DNA of 64,000 nt from NCBI GenBank assembly GCA_964481655.1, contig CAYZVO010000004.1, forward strand, positions 1,702 through 65,701, read 5' to 3'. Shown here one piece after another: positions 28,950 through 39,724 of the stretch (its first letter is position 1; every line of letters begins with the position of its first letter). Source of the stretch: an uncultured Enterobacterales bacterium (GTDB lineage Bacteria > Myxococcota_A > UBA796 > JAFGLY01). A model generated the notes under the pieces. It had not been told where the DNA came from, searched no databases, and saw nothing but the letters and a program-made list of their open reading frames with translations. The translations under genes were made by a program, and so were the position numbers.

Positions 28950-29695
28950 CCGACGCTCCCGAAGAACGCCGAGGTGAGCAGGTAGTTCGCCGCGATGAAG
29001 ATCAGGATGGTGTAGACGACGGTGTCGTTGACAGCCCGGCCCACACCCGCCGCGCCGCCCCGGGTGTGGTAGCCCAGGTAGCAGCCGACCACGCCGATGA
29101 GGGCGCCGAAGACCGTGGTCTTGATGACCGTGCCCCACACGTCCGCGGGGCCGGTGAGGTTCCACAGCTCGGCCATGAAGATGCCGTGGGCCTCACCCTT
29201 CATGAGCACCGCCGTGATCCAGCCGCCGACGATACCCGAGACGCAGCCCATCAGGTTGAGCACCGGGCAGGCGATGGTCAGGGCCAGCACCCGCGGCGCC
29301 GCGTGGAAGGCCAGGCTGTCCACGCCCATGACGTCGGTGGCGTCCAGCTCTTCCTTGATGCGCATGGCGCCCAGCTCCGCGGCGAAGGAGGCGCCGCCCT
29401 GGGCCGCGACCAGGGTGCTGGCCATCACCGGGGACAGCTCGCGGATGATGGCGGCGGCCACGAAGGGTGAGAGCAGGCGCTGGCTGCCGTACATGGCGAA
29501 GATCTCGAGGCCCTGCAGCGACATGACCATGCCGAAGGGGAAGACCACCGCGATGACCGGCAGCATGCAGCGCATGATGACCGTGTCGAGCTGCGCCAGG
29601 AAGCTGCGCAGGGGGACGCGCAGGGTCACCGTGGCCCACGCCACCCGGGCTGCGAAGATGCCGATGCGGCCCATCAGCTCGAGCGTAGCGACCAT
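28946..29695 (-). CDS. MlaE/YrbE-family ABC permease (copy 1, paralogue)
   Basis: Start trimmed to MVATLELMGRIG (ATG 29695). MRIKEELDATDVMGVD and GAAGVGRAVNDTVV. Confidence 0.8.
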   Translation of the reverse strand: MVATLELMGRIGIFAARVAWATVTLRVPLRSFLAQLDTVIMRCMLPVIAVVFPFGMVMSLQGLEIFAMYGSQRLLSPFVAAAIIRELSPVMASTLVAAQGGASFAAELGAMRIKEELDATDVMGVDSLAFHAAPRVLALTIACPVLNLMGCVSGIVGGWITAVLMKGEAHGIFMAELWNLTGPADVWGTVIKTTVFGALIGVVGCYLGYHTRGGAAGVGRAVNDTVVYTILIFIAANYLLTSAFFGSVG

Positions 29696-29792
29696 CCTTC
29701 CTCGCGGCGGACGCGACCATGGGCGGTCACGCAGGCCCGCTCCGGTTAATCCCCCGGCTCGACCCGGGCGAGCCAGCCCGACCGGAGCTCCC

Positions 29793-30170
29793 ATGTCCCG
29801 TCACGCCATCATCACCCTCCTCTTCTCCGCGCTGCTGATCCCCTCCGTCGCCCAGGCCGAGGACGCCTGGATCCTCGAGGACATCGAGGCCCTGCGCTGG
29901 CCCGACGCCGAGCAGGTCTCCGTGGTGCTCGAGCCCGGTGACAAGGTCACCGTGGTCTACAAGGCCGACGGCATGGTGCGCGTGCGCAAGGGCGCCGAGT
30001 TCGGCTGGGTGCCCGAGGCCAAGCTGGGCGACAGCGATCCCAGCCCCGCGGCCGCCGAGGACGATCCCTGGGCCATCCCGGACATGCCCACCCTGGACAT
30101 CCCGGGCCTGGACGCCGAGCCCGCCGCCGAGCCCGCCCCGGAAGCCGCGCCCGAAGCGCCGGCGGAGTAG
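29793..30170 (+). CDS. small secreted protein, SH3-like core plus Pro/Ala/Glu-rich tail
   Basis: ATG 29793. Signal MSRHAIITLLFSALLIPSVAQA. GDKVTVVYKADGMVRVRKGAEFGWVPEAKL resembles bacterial SH3. Confidence 0.55.
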   Translation: MSRHAIITLLFSALLIPSVAQAEDAWILEDIEALRWPDAEQVSVVLEPGDKVTVVYKADGMVRVRKGAEFGWVPEAKLGDSDPSPAAAEDDPWAIPDMPTLDIPGLDAEPAAEPAPEAAPEAPAE

Positions 30171-30369
30171 GGCGGGAGGTCGAACGCGGGTCGCAGGAGG
30201 CGAGTCGTCGGAGGCGAGTCGCGAGTCGCGAGTCGATGAAGGTCAGAGGTGGGTCGACCTACGACCTACGACCATCCTCCATCGCCCCACCTTGCTCGAC
30301 TCGCGACTGGCGACTGGCGACTGGCGACCCACGACTCGCGTCCTCCCTCCCACCACGCTCCCGTCTGCG
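30171..30369. repeat. family B heptad-periodic palindromic element (full copy)
   Basis: Left half has AGTCGNN heptads, centre is CGAGTCGATGAAGGTCAGAGGTGGGTCGA, right half has NNNCGAC heptads (CTACGAC x2, TGGCGAC x3). It fills the gap between stops 30170 and 30370. Confidence 0.85.
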
Positions 30370-31017
30370 TCAGTACGCGACCGGCAGCGCCTCATCCAGC
30401 TCGAAGACCGTCACACCCACGGTGATGCTGCTGGCGCCGCGGCTGGTCCACACCACCATCAGCACCGGCACGCCGTCGGGCTCGGCCTCGGCCACCAGGC
30501 CGCGGCAGGGGACCGCGGGGACGGGCAGCACGCCGTGCCCGACCTCGTCGCCGTCGCGGGTGACGATGACGTCGGGGGCGGCCATCGGGGCCTTGCGCTC
30601 GACCCGGACCTGCTCGAGGCGGCCGTCGCCGCCCAGGTCGCCCCGGGCCAGGACCTCGCGGCTGATGACCGCGGGCTGGTGGGGTTGGCCCTGCTCGTCG
30701 AGGCAGCCGTCGCTCAAGACCTCGTAGTCGTCCAGCTGCTCCGGCACGGTCGCGAGGGAGTCACCCTCGAGGGGCCGCACGGCCGGCCGGCCCTGCAGCG
30801 AGGGGTGTCCCACCAGCAGCTGGCCCGGCTTGTACAACACCACACCGTCCACCGCGGTGACCGAGGCCCGCTGTCGCAGCTCGGGGGTGGCGGGCCCGGA
30901 CTCCTGGGCCCACACCGGCGCGCTGGCCAGGGAGAGCAGGATGGTGAGGACGGCGGCGGCCAGGGTCTGCAAGAGCGCTCCGTGTTCAGCGGGATCAACC
31001 CGCGAGCACGGCTGCAT
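30370..31017 (-). CDS. hypothetical secreted protein
   Basis: Signal-like LLQTLAAAVLTILLSLASAPVWAQE. High GC3. No recognisable family. Confidence 0.5.
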   Translation of the reverse strand: MQPCSRVDPAEHGALLQTLAAAVLTILLSLASAPVWAQESGPATPELRQRASVTAVDGVVLYKPGQLLVGHPSLQGRPAVRPLEGDSLATVPEQLDDYEVLSDGCLDEQGQPHQPAVISREVLARGDLGGDGRLEQVRVERKAPMAAPDVIVTRDGDEVGHGVLPVPAVPCRGLVAEAEPDGVPVLMVVWTSRGASSITVGVTVFELDEALPVAY

Positions 31018-31325
31018 ATCCCACGAAACTCGACCGGGCCTGCGAGGCCCAGCGGCGGCGGGAATCAGGCCGCAGAGCGGAACAGGGTCAAGGCGATCGC
31101 GAGCGCCACGACGGCGCCCACCGCCAGCTCGGTCATGCCGGGCATGGACTCTCCGGGGAAGGCTGGCTCACCTTGACATGGACCTGACAGAACCGCCACA
31201 GCTTTGTCACGGATTTTTTGTGCGTGGTCCTACACACCACAAGCCCGGAGGGTGAGCCCCCTCGCTTCCACGAAGGTCGAGCGCGGGATAGGGGGCCCGC
31301 CCCCCACGCAACGCCCGGAGAATCC

Positions 31326-32150
31326 GTGCCCGACGCCGCCCCCCAACAGCTGCGCTTCTGCGTGCTCGCGTCGGGCTCGAGCGGCAACTGCACCTACGTC
31401 GGAGATGGTGAGACCGGGCTGTTGATCGACGCCGGCATCAGCGCCAAGCAGGTGCTGGACCGCCTCGTGGCGGTCGGGCTCGGGGAGGCCCCCATCGACG
31501 CCGTCCTGCTGACCCACGAGCACCGGGACCACGTCCAGGGCGCGCGGGTGCTGTCCAACAAGCTCGAGCGGCGCCTGGGCCGGCGGATCCCCTTCCTGTC
31601 CACCTCGGGCACGGCGGGCCAGATCCCCAGCAAGCACCGCCCGGCGGGCATGACCTACCTGCAGCCCGAGCTCGCCCACAGCGTCGGCGCGTTCGAGATC
31701 CAGGCCTTCTCGATCCTCCACGACACCGCGCAGCCCGTGGGCTACCGGGTCGAGGCCAACGGCTGGTCCCTGGGGCTCGCCACCGACCTCGGCCGGCCCA
31801 CCACCACCGTCGAGCACCACCTGAGCGACGTGGACATCGCCATCGTGGAGTTCAACCACGAGCTCGAGATGCTCCTGCGAGGCCGCTACCCCTGGTGGCT
31901 CAAGCAGCGGGTCCAGTCGAGCCACGGCCACCTCTCCAACGAGCAGGCCGCCGATCTCGTCGAGCGGATCGCCTCCCCTCGGCTCAAGCACCTCGTCCTC
32001 GCTCACCTCTCCCACGAGAACAACCGCCCTGCCAGGGCGCGGGCAGCCGCCCACGCCGCCCTGGCGCGCAGCCGTGCACCGGACGACGTCCAGGTCACGG
32101 TGGGCAGCCAGACCCACCCCACCCAGGTGGTCACCTTGGAGTCAACATGA
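31326..32150 (+). CDS. metallo-beta-lactamase-fold hydrolase (YycJ/PhnP-like)
   Basis: Start trimmed to GTG 31326. FCVLASGSSGNC, LLTHEHRDHV (HxHxDH), SHGHLSN. The stop overlaps the next start (ATGA). Confidence 0.75.
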   Translation: MPDAAPQQLRFCVLASGSSGNCTYVGDGETGLLIDAGISAKQVLDRLVAVGLGEAPIDAVLLTHEHRDHVQGARVLSNKLERRLGRRIPFLSTSGTAGQIPSKHRPAGMTYLQPELAHSVGAFEIQAFSILHDTAQPVGYRVEANGWSLGLATDLGRPTTTVEHHLSDVDIAIVEFNHELEMLLRGRYPWWLKQRVQSSHGHLSNEQAADLVERIASPRLKHLVLAHLSHENNRPARARAAAHAALARSRAPDDVQVTVGSQTHPTQVVTLEST

Positions 32151-32635
32151 AGATCGTCGCCATCGTAGGCTCGCTGCGCGAGAACTCCACCTCGCGCAAC
32201 GCCCTCCGCCTCGCCGCGTCAGGAGCCGAGAAGGCCGGCGCCACCGTCGAGTGGCTCGAGCTCAACGAGCTCGACCTGCCCTTCTGCGACGGCCGCAAGG
32301 ACCGCGCCAGCTACGGCGCGGACGCCCGGCGCATGGTCACCATGGTCCAGCAGGCCGACGCGCTGCTGGTGGGCTCCCCCGAGTACTACGGCTCCATGAC
32401 CGGGGCGCTCAAGAACGCCCTGGACCTGCTCGGCGAAGAGTCCGTCCGCGGCAAACTGGTGGGCCTCATCGCGGTGGCTCGCGGCGACGCGGGCGCGATG
32501 AACACCCTCAACCACCTCCGCCACGTCTTCCGCTGGATGGGCGCCTGGGTGCTGCCCACCCAGGTCTCCCTCCCGCGGGCCAAGGAGGCCTTCGGCGCCG
32601 ATGGTCAACCCCTCCGCGAGGGGGGGGCCGACTAA
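32147..32635 (+). CDS. NAD(P)H-dependent FMN reductase
   Basis: MKIVAIVGSLRENSTSR and LVGSPEYYGSMTGALKNALD are typical of the flavodoxin-like FMN reductase family. Confidence 0.8.
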   Translation: MKIVAIVGSLRENSTSRNALRLAASGAEKAGATVEWLELNELDLPFCDGRKDRASYGADARRMVTMVQQADALLVGSPEYYGSMTGALKNALDLLGEESVRGKLVGLIAVARGDAGAMNTLNHLRHVFRWMGAWVLPTQVSLPRAKEAFGADGQPLREGGAD

Positions 32636-32731
32636 CTGCCCGCCCGGGGAACCGACACGTGGGGCTCCCCCGGCCGGCTGCCCGGGGGCGCCCTCTGATC
32701 CCACCCACCCGGCGTCTCCACGGAGTCCGAC

Positions 32732-34546
32732 ATGGACGAAACCCAGCGCGACAAGCAGAACACCATCGCCCAGTGGGCCTTCGACACCCGCCCCATCCTC
32801 GGGCGCTTCCACCTCTGGCTCGAGGACGTCGAGGTCCAGTGGGTCCGCGGCGAGCCCGTGGCGGAGTTCACCCGTGAGATCTCGTTCCTGAACGGACAGA
32901 TCGAGCGCCTGATGGTCATGATGGGGGCGGTCACCGCCCTGGGCACCAAGCTCTTCGGCCGCCACGGCGAGGGCGCCGACCAGCCCAAGGCCTTCCTCAA
33001 CCAGGTCAAGAAGGACGCCGACGCCATCTCGGCCTACGCCATGTCCGAGTGCCTGTGGTACCTCACCCGCCACCTGCCCGAGAACCACGCCATCATGGTC
33101 AGCCTCGGCGAGGGCCTGATGCCCAAGGCCGGTGAGACCCCCGAGATGGGCTCCAACCCGCAGCTGGGCTTCGGCCGCGTCTACGCCCGGCCGGAAGTGG
33201 CCCGCAAGCTCGACCGCTGGGTGGTCCGCCTGCTCAACGACGACAGCTACGGCTGGGACGAGTTCTACGGGCAGCTCAAGCGCTCCGGCATCACCGTCTG
33301 GGGCGCCGCCATCGACACCCTGGAGAACACCTCGCGCTTCGCCAAGGGCCGCGACACCGGCCCGATGACCGTGATCCACCTGTTCGATCAGCCGCTGCAG
33401 GTCTCCCGCCCCTACGAGGGCTACATGGGCAACCTGCTGCTGCCCAACGAGGTCGTCGCCCGCGCGGCCGAGCGCTCGGTGCTCATCAACTTCCGCACCC
33501 CGCGCGCCAAGGTCATGGAGTCCATCCAGGACACCTACCCGGGCGTGAAGCCCGAGAACGTGCACGTCTGGTGCCTGCGGGGCAAGAGCCGCGTCGCGCG
33601 CGTGGGCGGCCTGTGGAAGGAGTGGACCGACGCCGGCGCCCACGTCATCGACCCCGGCTGGACCCTGCCCACCGGCGAGGCCGCCTTCACCGAGTCCGGC
33701 ACCTACGCCCCCACCTTCCTGATCGGAGAGTGGCAGGACGACGACGGCGACACCCACCTGTTCCTCTGCGACGGCTACGCGGCCTCTGCCGAGGCCATGC
33801 AGGCCGCCAGCCTGGCCCCCATGCTCGGCCTGGACGCCTCCATCGGCGTCTTCACCTCGAAGTTCAGCCTGCCCTACGACAAGGAGAGCCAGGTCATGGG
33901 CCTCGATCCCGAGGATCCGGACCTGGGCGAGCGCCTCGCCGCGCTCATGGACCACACCCCGGACGAGGACGAGGTCGCCCGCTACCGCGCGATGATCCTC
34001 GAGGGTGCCGAGGCCGGGCTGGTGCTGGACAAGACCACCATCAACGCCGACGACTTCTTCCCCGAGAAGCGCTGGGATGTGCTGGCCATCAACGGCTACA
34101 TGAGCCCCGACCCCTACTCGGGCGCCCCCGGTGTGGAGCAGATCTCCGACGACACCTGGAAGGTCACCGTGCGCATGGCCACCCCCCGTGGCGACAAGCG
34201 CATCACCTTCAGCCTGCGCATGATGGAGTCCTTCGAGCAGAGCCGCCTGGTCTTCAACCCGCTGCTCATCCGCTTCTTCTCCGGCGAAGACCACACCACC
34301 CGCGCCGTCAAGATCTCGGACTCCGGCCGCATCCGCAACGAGCTGCAGACCCTCTGCCTCGAGGCCATCGAGTTCATCGGATCGGACAAGATGCGGGTCC
34401 ACTTCGACCGCATCCTCCCGGAAGTCATCAGCAGCGGCAACCAGCGCACCCTCCTCGAGGTGCTCACCTGGTACAAGGCCCACCACCCGCGCTGGTTCGC
34501 GTGGCTGGAGATCGAGCCTCCCGCCGGGGGAACCGGCTCCGCGTGA
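32732..34546 (+). CDS. 604-aa protein with distant resemblance to class II fructose-1,6-bisphosphatase (GlpX)/sugar-phosphatase fold, with N- and C-terminal extensions
   Basis: Segments alignable by eye to E. coli GlpX: SLGEGLM (GEGE), AAIDTLENTSRF (VDPIEGT), YMGNLLL (YMEKLIV), CDGYAASAEAMQAASL (GIGGAPEGVVSAAV). GGAG RBS. The family call is unverified. Confidence 0.4.
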   Translation: MDETQRDKQNTIAQWAFDTRPILGRFHLWLEDVEVQWVRGEPVAEFTREISFLNGQIERLMVMMGAVTALGTKLFGRHGEGADQPKAFLNQVKKDADAISAYAMSECLWYLTRHLPENHAIMVSLGEGLMPKAGETPEMGSNPQLGFGRVYARPEVARKLDRWVVRLLNDDSYGWDEFYGQLKRSGITVWGAAIDTLENTSRFAKGRDTGPMTVIHLFDQPLQVSRPYEGYMGNLLLPNEVVARAAERSVLINFRTPRAKVMESIQDTYPGVKPENVHVWCLRGKSRVARVGGLWKEWTDAGAHVIDPGWTLPTGEAAFTESGTYAPTFLIGEWQDDDGDTHLFLCDGYAASAEAMQAASLAPMLGLDASIGVFTSKFSLPYDKESQVMGLDPEDPDLGERLAALMDHTPDEDEVARYRAMILEGAEAGLVLDKTTINADDFFPEKRWDVLAINGYMSPDPYSGAPGVEQISDDTWKVTVRMATPRGDKRITFSLRMMESFEQSRLVFNPLLIRFFSGEDHTTRAVKISDSGRIRNELQTLCLEAIEFIGSDKMRVHFDRILPEVISSGNQRTLLEVLTWYKAHHPRWFAWLEIEPPAGGTGSA

Positions 34547-34661
34547 GTCCGCCTGGCAGGGTAGCTTCCCGCGCCTGACGCGATAGAAGGCCGTTGTCCG
34601 GTGGCTGTCCGGTCGTTCTGAGGATCGGCCCGGCGGCGACCCGAGCACCAGGAGGCTGCTG

Positions 34662-36344
<1,683 letters not shown>

Positions 36345-36345
36345 A

Positions 36346-36506
36346 AGCTGTCAGCCGTCAGCTGTCAGCCTCGTCCCGCTGGTCCGCGGCGCCGGCGGTG
36401 GGCCGGTGATGCAGTGGCGGTGCGAGCGTCCGCGGGGCGCAGCGCTGCTGGCTCACCGCGACGTTGAACCCGGCACAACGGAGCTGACAGCTGAGAGCTG
36501 AGAGCT
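36346..36506. repeat. family A element, second full copy in inverted orientation
   Basis: Left arm AGCTGTC AGCCGTC AGCTGTC AGCC. Right arm GCTGACA GCTGAGA GCTGAGA GCT. The reverse complement of the core shares GGTGAGCCAGCRGCGYTGCGCCCCG and GGCCCACCGCCGGCGC with 20651-20763. Confidence 0.85.
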
Positions 36507-36508
36507 CG

Positions 36509-39500
36509 CTAGTGGAAGTCCCGGCTCCGGGGTGAGACGTCCGGGGCCTGCTCGAGCTCGGCGACGTGGTAGGCGACGAGGCTCAGGGCCTCGTTCTCGC
36601 GCTGCAGCTTGCCGCGGATGACCACCAGGGTCGCGGTGCGCACGATGCGGCGCTGCCGCTGGTAGAGCTTGGGCCAGATGACCACGTTGAGCTGACCGGT
36701 CTCGTCCTCGAGGGTCAGGAACACCACCCCCGAGGCGGTGCCGGGCCGCTGCCGGCACGAGATGAGCCCCGCGACCCGCACGACCCGCCCGGCCTTGACC
36801 TCGGACAGCGCGGCCACCGGGTGCACGCCCTCGCGCTCGAGGCGGGCACGCTCGAGGCCGATGGGGTGCTGGTGCACGCTCAGGCCCACCGCCGCATAGT
36901 CCGACTCCAGGCGCTCGCGAGCGGTGGCCTCGGGCAGCTGGGGTGGTGGAGACCGGCGGGAGATGCCCGCGAACAGCGGGTTGTCCCACAGCCCCGCCAC
37001 GGCCCACAGGGCATGGCGCCGGGACAGGCCCAGGGCCTGGAAGGCGTCGGCCCGGGCCAGCAGCTCGAGGGCGGCCCGGGGGAGCTGGCTGCGGGCGGCC
37101 AGATCGTTCAGGTCGCGGAAGCGGTCTTCGGCCCGGGCCCGTTCGAGCTGCTCGGCCCACTGCTGGCCGAAGCCCCGGATCAGCCGCAGCCCCAGCCGGA
37201 CCGCGGGCTGGTCCGGGTCGTCGCTGGAAGGCTCCAGGCTGCAGTCCCAGCTGGACCGGGTGGCGTCGATGGGGCGCACCTCGACGTCGTGGCGCTGCAC
37301 ATCGGCCACCAGAGCCCTCGGGGTGTAGAAGCCCATGGGCTGGCTGTTGATCAGCGCCGCGCAGAAGGCCGCCGGGTAGTGGTGCTTGAGCCAACAGGAG
37401 ACGTAGACCAGCAGGGCGAAGGAGGCGGCGTGGGACTCGGGGAAGCCGTACTCGCCGAAGCCCTTGATCTGTTCCACCATGCGATCGGCGTAGGTTCCGG
37501 TGATGCCGTTGGCCTCGAGGCCCTTGCGGAACTCCTCGGCGATGGGCCCCAGGGCGCCCTTGCGGCGCCAGGCGGCCATGGAGCGCCGCAGGCGGTCGGC
37601 CTGGCCCGCCGAGAAGCCCGCCACCGCCATGGCCGCCGCCATGACCTGCTCCTGGAAGATGGGCACCCCCAGGGTGCGCTCGAGGATGGGCTCGAGGGCC
37701 GGGTGGGGGTAGCGCACGGGCTCGAGCCCCTGGCGGCGCTTCAGGTAGGGGTGCACCATGCCCCCCTGGATGGGGCCGGGGCGCACGATGGCCACCTCGA
37801 TGACCAGATCGTAGAAACAGCGGGGGCGCAGCCGGGGCAGCATGGACATCTGGGCCCGGCTCTCGATCTGGAACACGCCGACCGTGTCGGCACGACAGAT
37901 CATGTCGTAGACAGCGGGATCCTCGGCGGGGACCGAGGCCAGGGTCCAGCGCCGCCCCCAGGGGGGCGTGGGGTGGGGTGGTGACTCATCACCCGGGCCG
38001 GCGGGGGTGGTGAACTGGCGGGCGTCGGCGGGATCGTCGGGGATGGCGCCGTGGGGGGCGAAACCGGAGACCAGGTCGAAGGCCTTGCGGATGGCGGTGA
38101 GCATCCCCAGCGACAGCAGATCGACCTTGACGAAGCCCACGTCGTCGATGTCGTCCTTGTCCCACTGGATGACCGTGCGACCCTGCATGGTGGCGGGCTC
38201 GATGGGCACCCGGCCGCTCAGGTCGTCGTCGGTGAGCACGAAGCCCCCGACGTGGATGCCCACATGGCGCGGGAAGCCCCTCAGCTCGCCGGACAGCTCG
38301 ACCGTGAGCTTCACCCGGTCCTCGGCGGGATCGAGGCCGGCGGCCTGGAGCTGATCGTCGGTGATGGGCTCCCGGCCCCAGTAGTCGGCCTGGCGGGCCA
38401 TGGCGTCGATCTGGTCGAGGCCCAGGCCCAGGGCCTTGCCCACGTCGCGCACGGCGGAGCGGCGCCGGTAGGCGATGACCTCGTTGACCATGGCGGCCCG
38501 GTGGCGGCCGTATTTTTCATAGAGGTATTGGATGAGCTCCTCGCGCCGCTCGTGCTCGAAGTCCACGTCGATGTCGGGGGGCTCGCCCCGCTCGGCGCTG
38601 ATGAAGCGCTCGAAGAGCAGGGTGGAGCGCGAGGGGTCCACCGCCGTGATCCCCAGAGCGAAGCAGACCGCGCTGTTGGCCGCCGAGCCCCGGCCCTGGC
38701 AGAGGATGCCCCGGGAGCGGGCGAACTGCACGGCGTCGTGGACGGTGAGGAAGTAGGCGGCGAAGCCCAGCTGCTCGATGATGCCCAGCTCGTGGTCGAC
38801 CTGGGCCTGGACCGTCGCGGGGACCCCCGCGGGGTAGCGCTCCGCCAGGCCCTGGCGCACCAGCTGCACGAGCCAGGACATGGGGCTGTGGCCGTCGGGC
38901 ACCACCTCGCGGGGGTAGCGGTAGTCCAGCTGGGCCAGGGAGAAGCTGTGCTCGGCGGCGATGGCGGCGCTGGTGCGCACCGCGTCGGCGAGGCGCCCCG
39001 GCGCGTCACCCCCGATGGCGCGCCCCACAGCCTGGAAGAGGGCGTGGGCCTGGGCTGGGGAGCGCAGCACCCGGGCGGCGTTGGGGGCCAGGGCGCGCCC
39101 GGCCGCGTCGATGGTTGTGCGGCGGCGGATGCAGGTGATCACGTCCAACAGGCGCTTGCGATCCGGGTGGTGCTGCTGCACGTCGCCCACCGCGACCAGA
39201 GGCAAGCCGGCCCAGCGGGCCAGGCGCAGGCTGGCGCCGATGTGCGCGGCATCGCCCGGCTGGAGGGCGCAGCTGACCGCCAGGGCGATGCGATCGCCGA
39301 AGGCCTCTCGCAGGGGCGAGAGCTGGGCCACGGACCAGGGCCCGTGCAGCAAGGCGGTGAGGCCGGTGGCGTGCTCGAGCAGATCGGGCAGCTGGTGCAG
39401 GGCCTGACCCTTGGGCTGATCCCGACGGCCGATGGTGAGCAGTCGGCAGAGGCTGGCCCAGCCGGCGCGATCCCGCACCAGCACCACGACGCTGGGGAGG

Positions 39501-39724
39501 TCCTGCAGGGTGAGCAGCGCGCCGACCACCAGCTTCACCCCGTGCTCACGGGCCGCCCGGTGGGCCCGAACCATGCCGTAGACACCGTCGCGATCGGTGA
39601 TGGCGACGGACGACAGGCCCAGCTCGGCGGCCTGGGCGACCAGCTCTTCGGGCGACGAGGCCCCCTCGAGGAACGAGAAGTAGGAGCGGCAGAACAGCTC
39701 GGCGTAGGGGGGCGGCGCGCTCAC
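36509..39724 (-). CDS. dnaE2: error-prone DNA polymerase III alpha-like subunit DnaE2 (ImuC)
   Basis: GTG start at 39724 overlapping the imuB stop (GTGA). N-terminus YAELFCRSYFSFLEGASSPEELV (PHP domain). 1071 aa. Co-located with imuB. Confidence 0.9.
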   Translation of the reverse strand: MSAPPPYAELFCRSYFSFLEGASSPEELVAQAAELGLSSVAITDRDGVYGMVRAHRAAREHGVKLVVGALLTLQDLPSVVVLVRDRAGWASLCRLLTIGRRDQPKGQALHQLPDLLEHATGLTALLHGPWSVAQLSPLREAFGDRIALAVSCALQPGDAAHIGASLRLARWAGLPLVAVGDVQQHHPDRKRLLDVITCIRRRTTIDAAGRALAPNAARVLRSPAQAHALFQAVGRAIGGDAPGRLADAVRTSAAIAAEHSFSLAQLDYRYPREVVPDGHSPMSWLVQLVRQGLAERYPAGVPATVQAQVDHELGIIEQLGFAAYFLTVHDAVQFARSRGILCQGRGSAANSAVCFALGITAVDPSRSTLLFERFISAERGEPPDIDVDFEHERREELIQYLYEKYGRHRAAMVNEVIAYRRRSAVRDVGKALGLGLDQIDAMARQADYWGREPITDDQLQAAGLDPAEDRVKLTVELSGELRGFPRHVGIHVGGFVLTDDDLSGRVPIEPATMQGRTVIQWDKDDIDDVGFVKVDLLSLGMLTAIRKAFDLVSGFAPHGAIPDDPADARQFTTPAGPGDESPPHPTPPWGRRWTLASVPAEDPAVYDMICRADTVGVFQIESRAQMSMLPRLRPRCFYDLVIEVAIVRPGPIQGGMVHPYLKRRQGLEPVRYPHPALEPILERTLGVPIFQEQVMAAAMAVAGFSAGQADRLRRSMAAWRRKGALGPIAEEFRKGLEANGITGTYADRMVEQIKGFGEYGFPESHAASFALLVYVSCWLKHHYPAAFCAALINSQPMGFYTPRALVADVQRHDVEVRPIDATRSSWDCSLEPSSDDPDQPAVRLGLRLIRGFGQQWAEQLERARAEDRFRDLNDLAARSQLPRAALELLARADAFQALGLSRRHALWAVAGLWDNPLFAGISRRSPPPQLPEATARERLESDYAAVGLSVHQHPIGLERARLEREGVHPVAALSEVKAGRVVRVAGLISCRQRPGTASGVVFLTLEDETGQLNVVIWPKLYQRQRRIVRTATLVVIRGKLQRENEALSLVAYHVAELEQAPDVSPRSRDFH

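Noticed and set aside
30236-30727. ORFs starting MKVRG... at 30236 and 60074, which look like a conserved small-protein pair.
   Set aside because: Their similarity comes from the shared family B DNA core. There is no RBS, the downstream sequence is heptad-repeat derived, and the frame is not maintained between copies.
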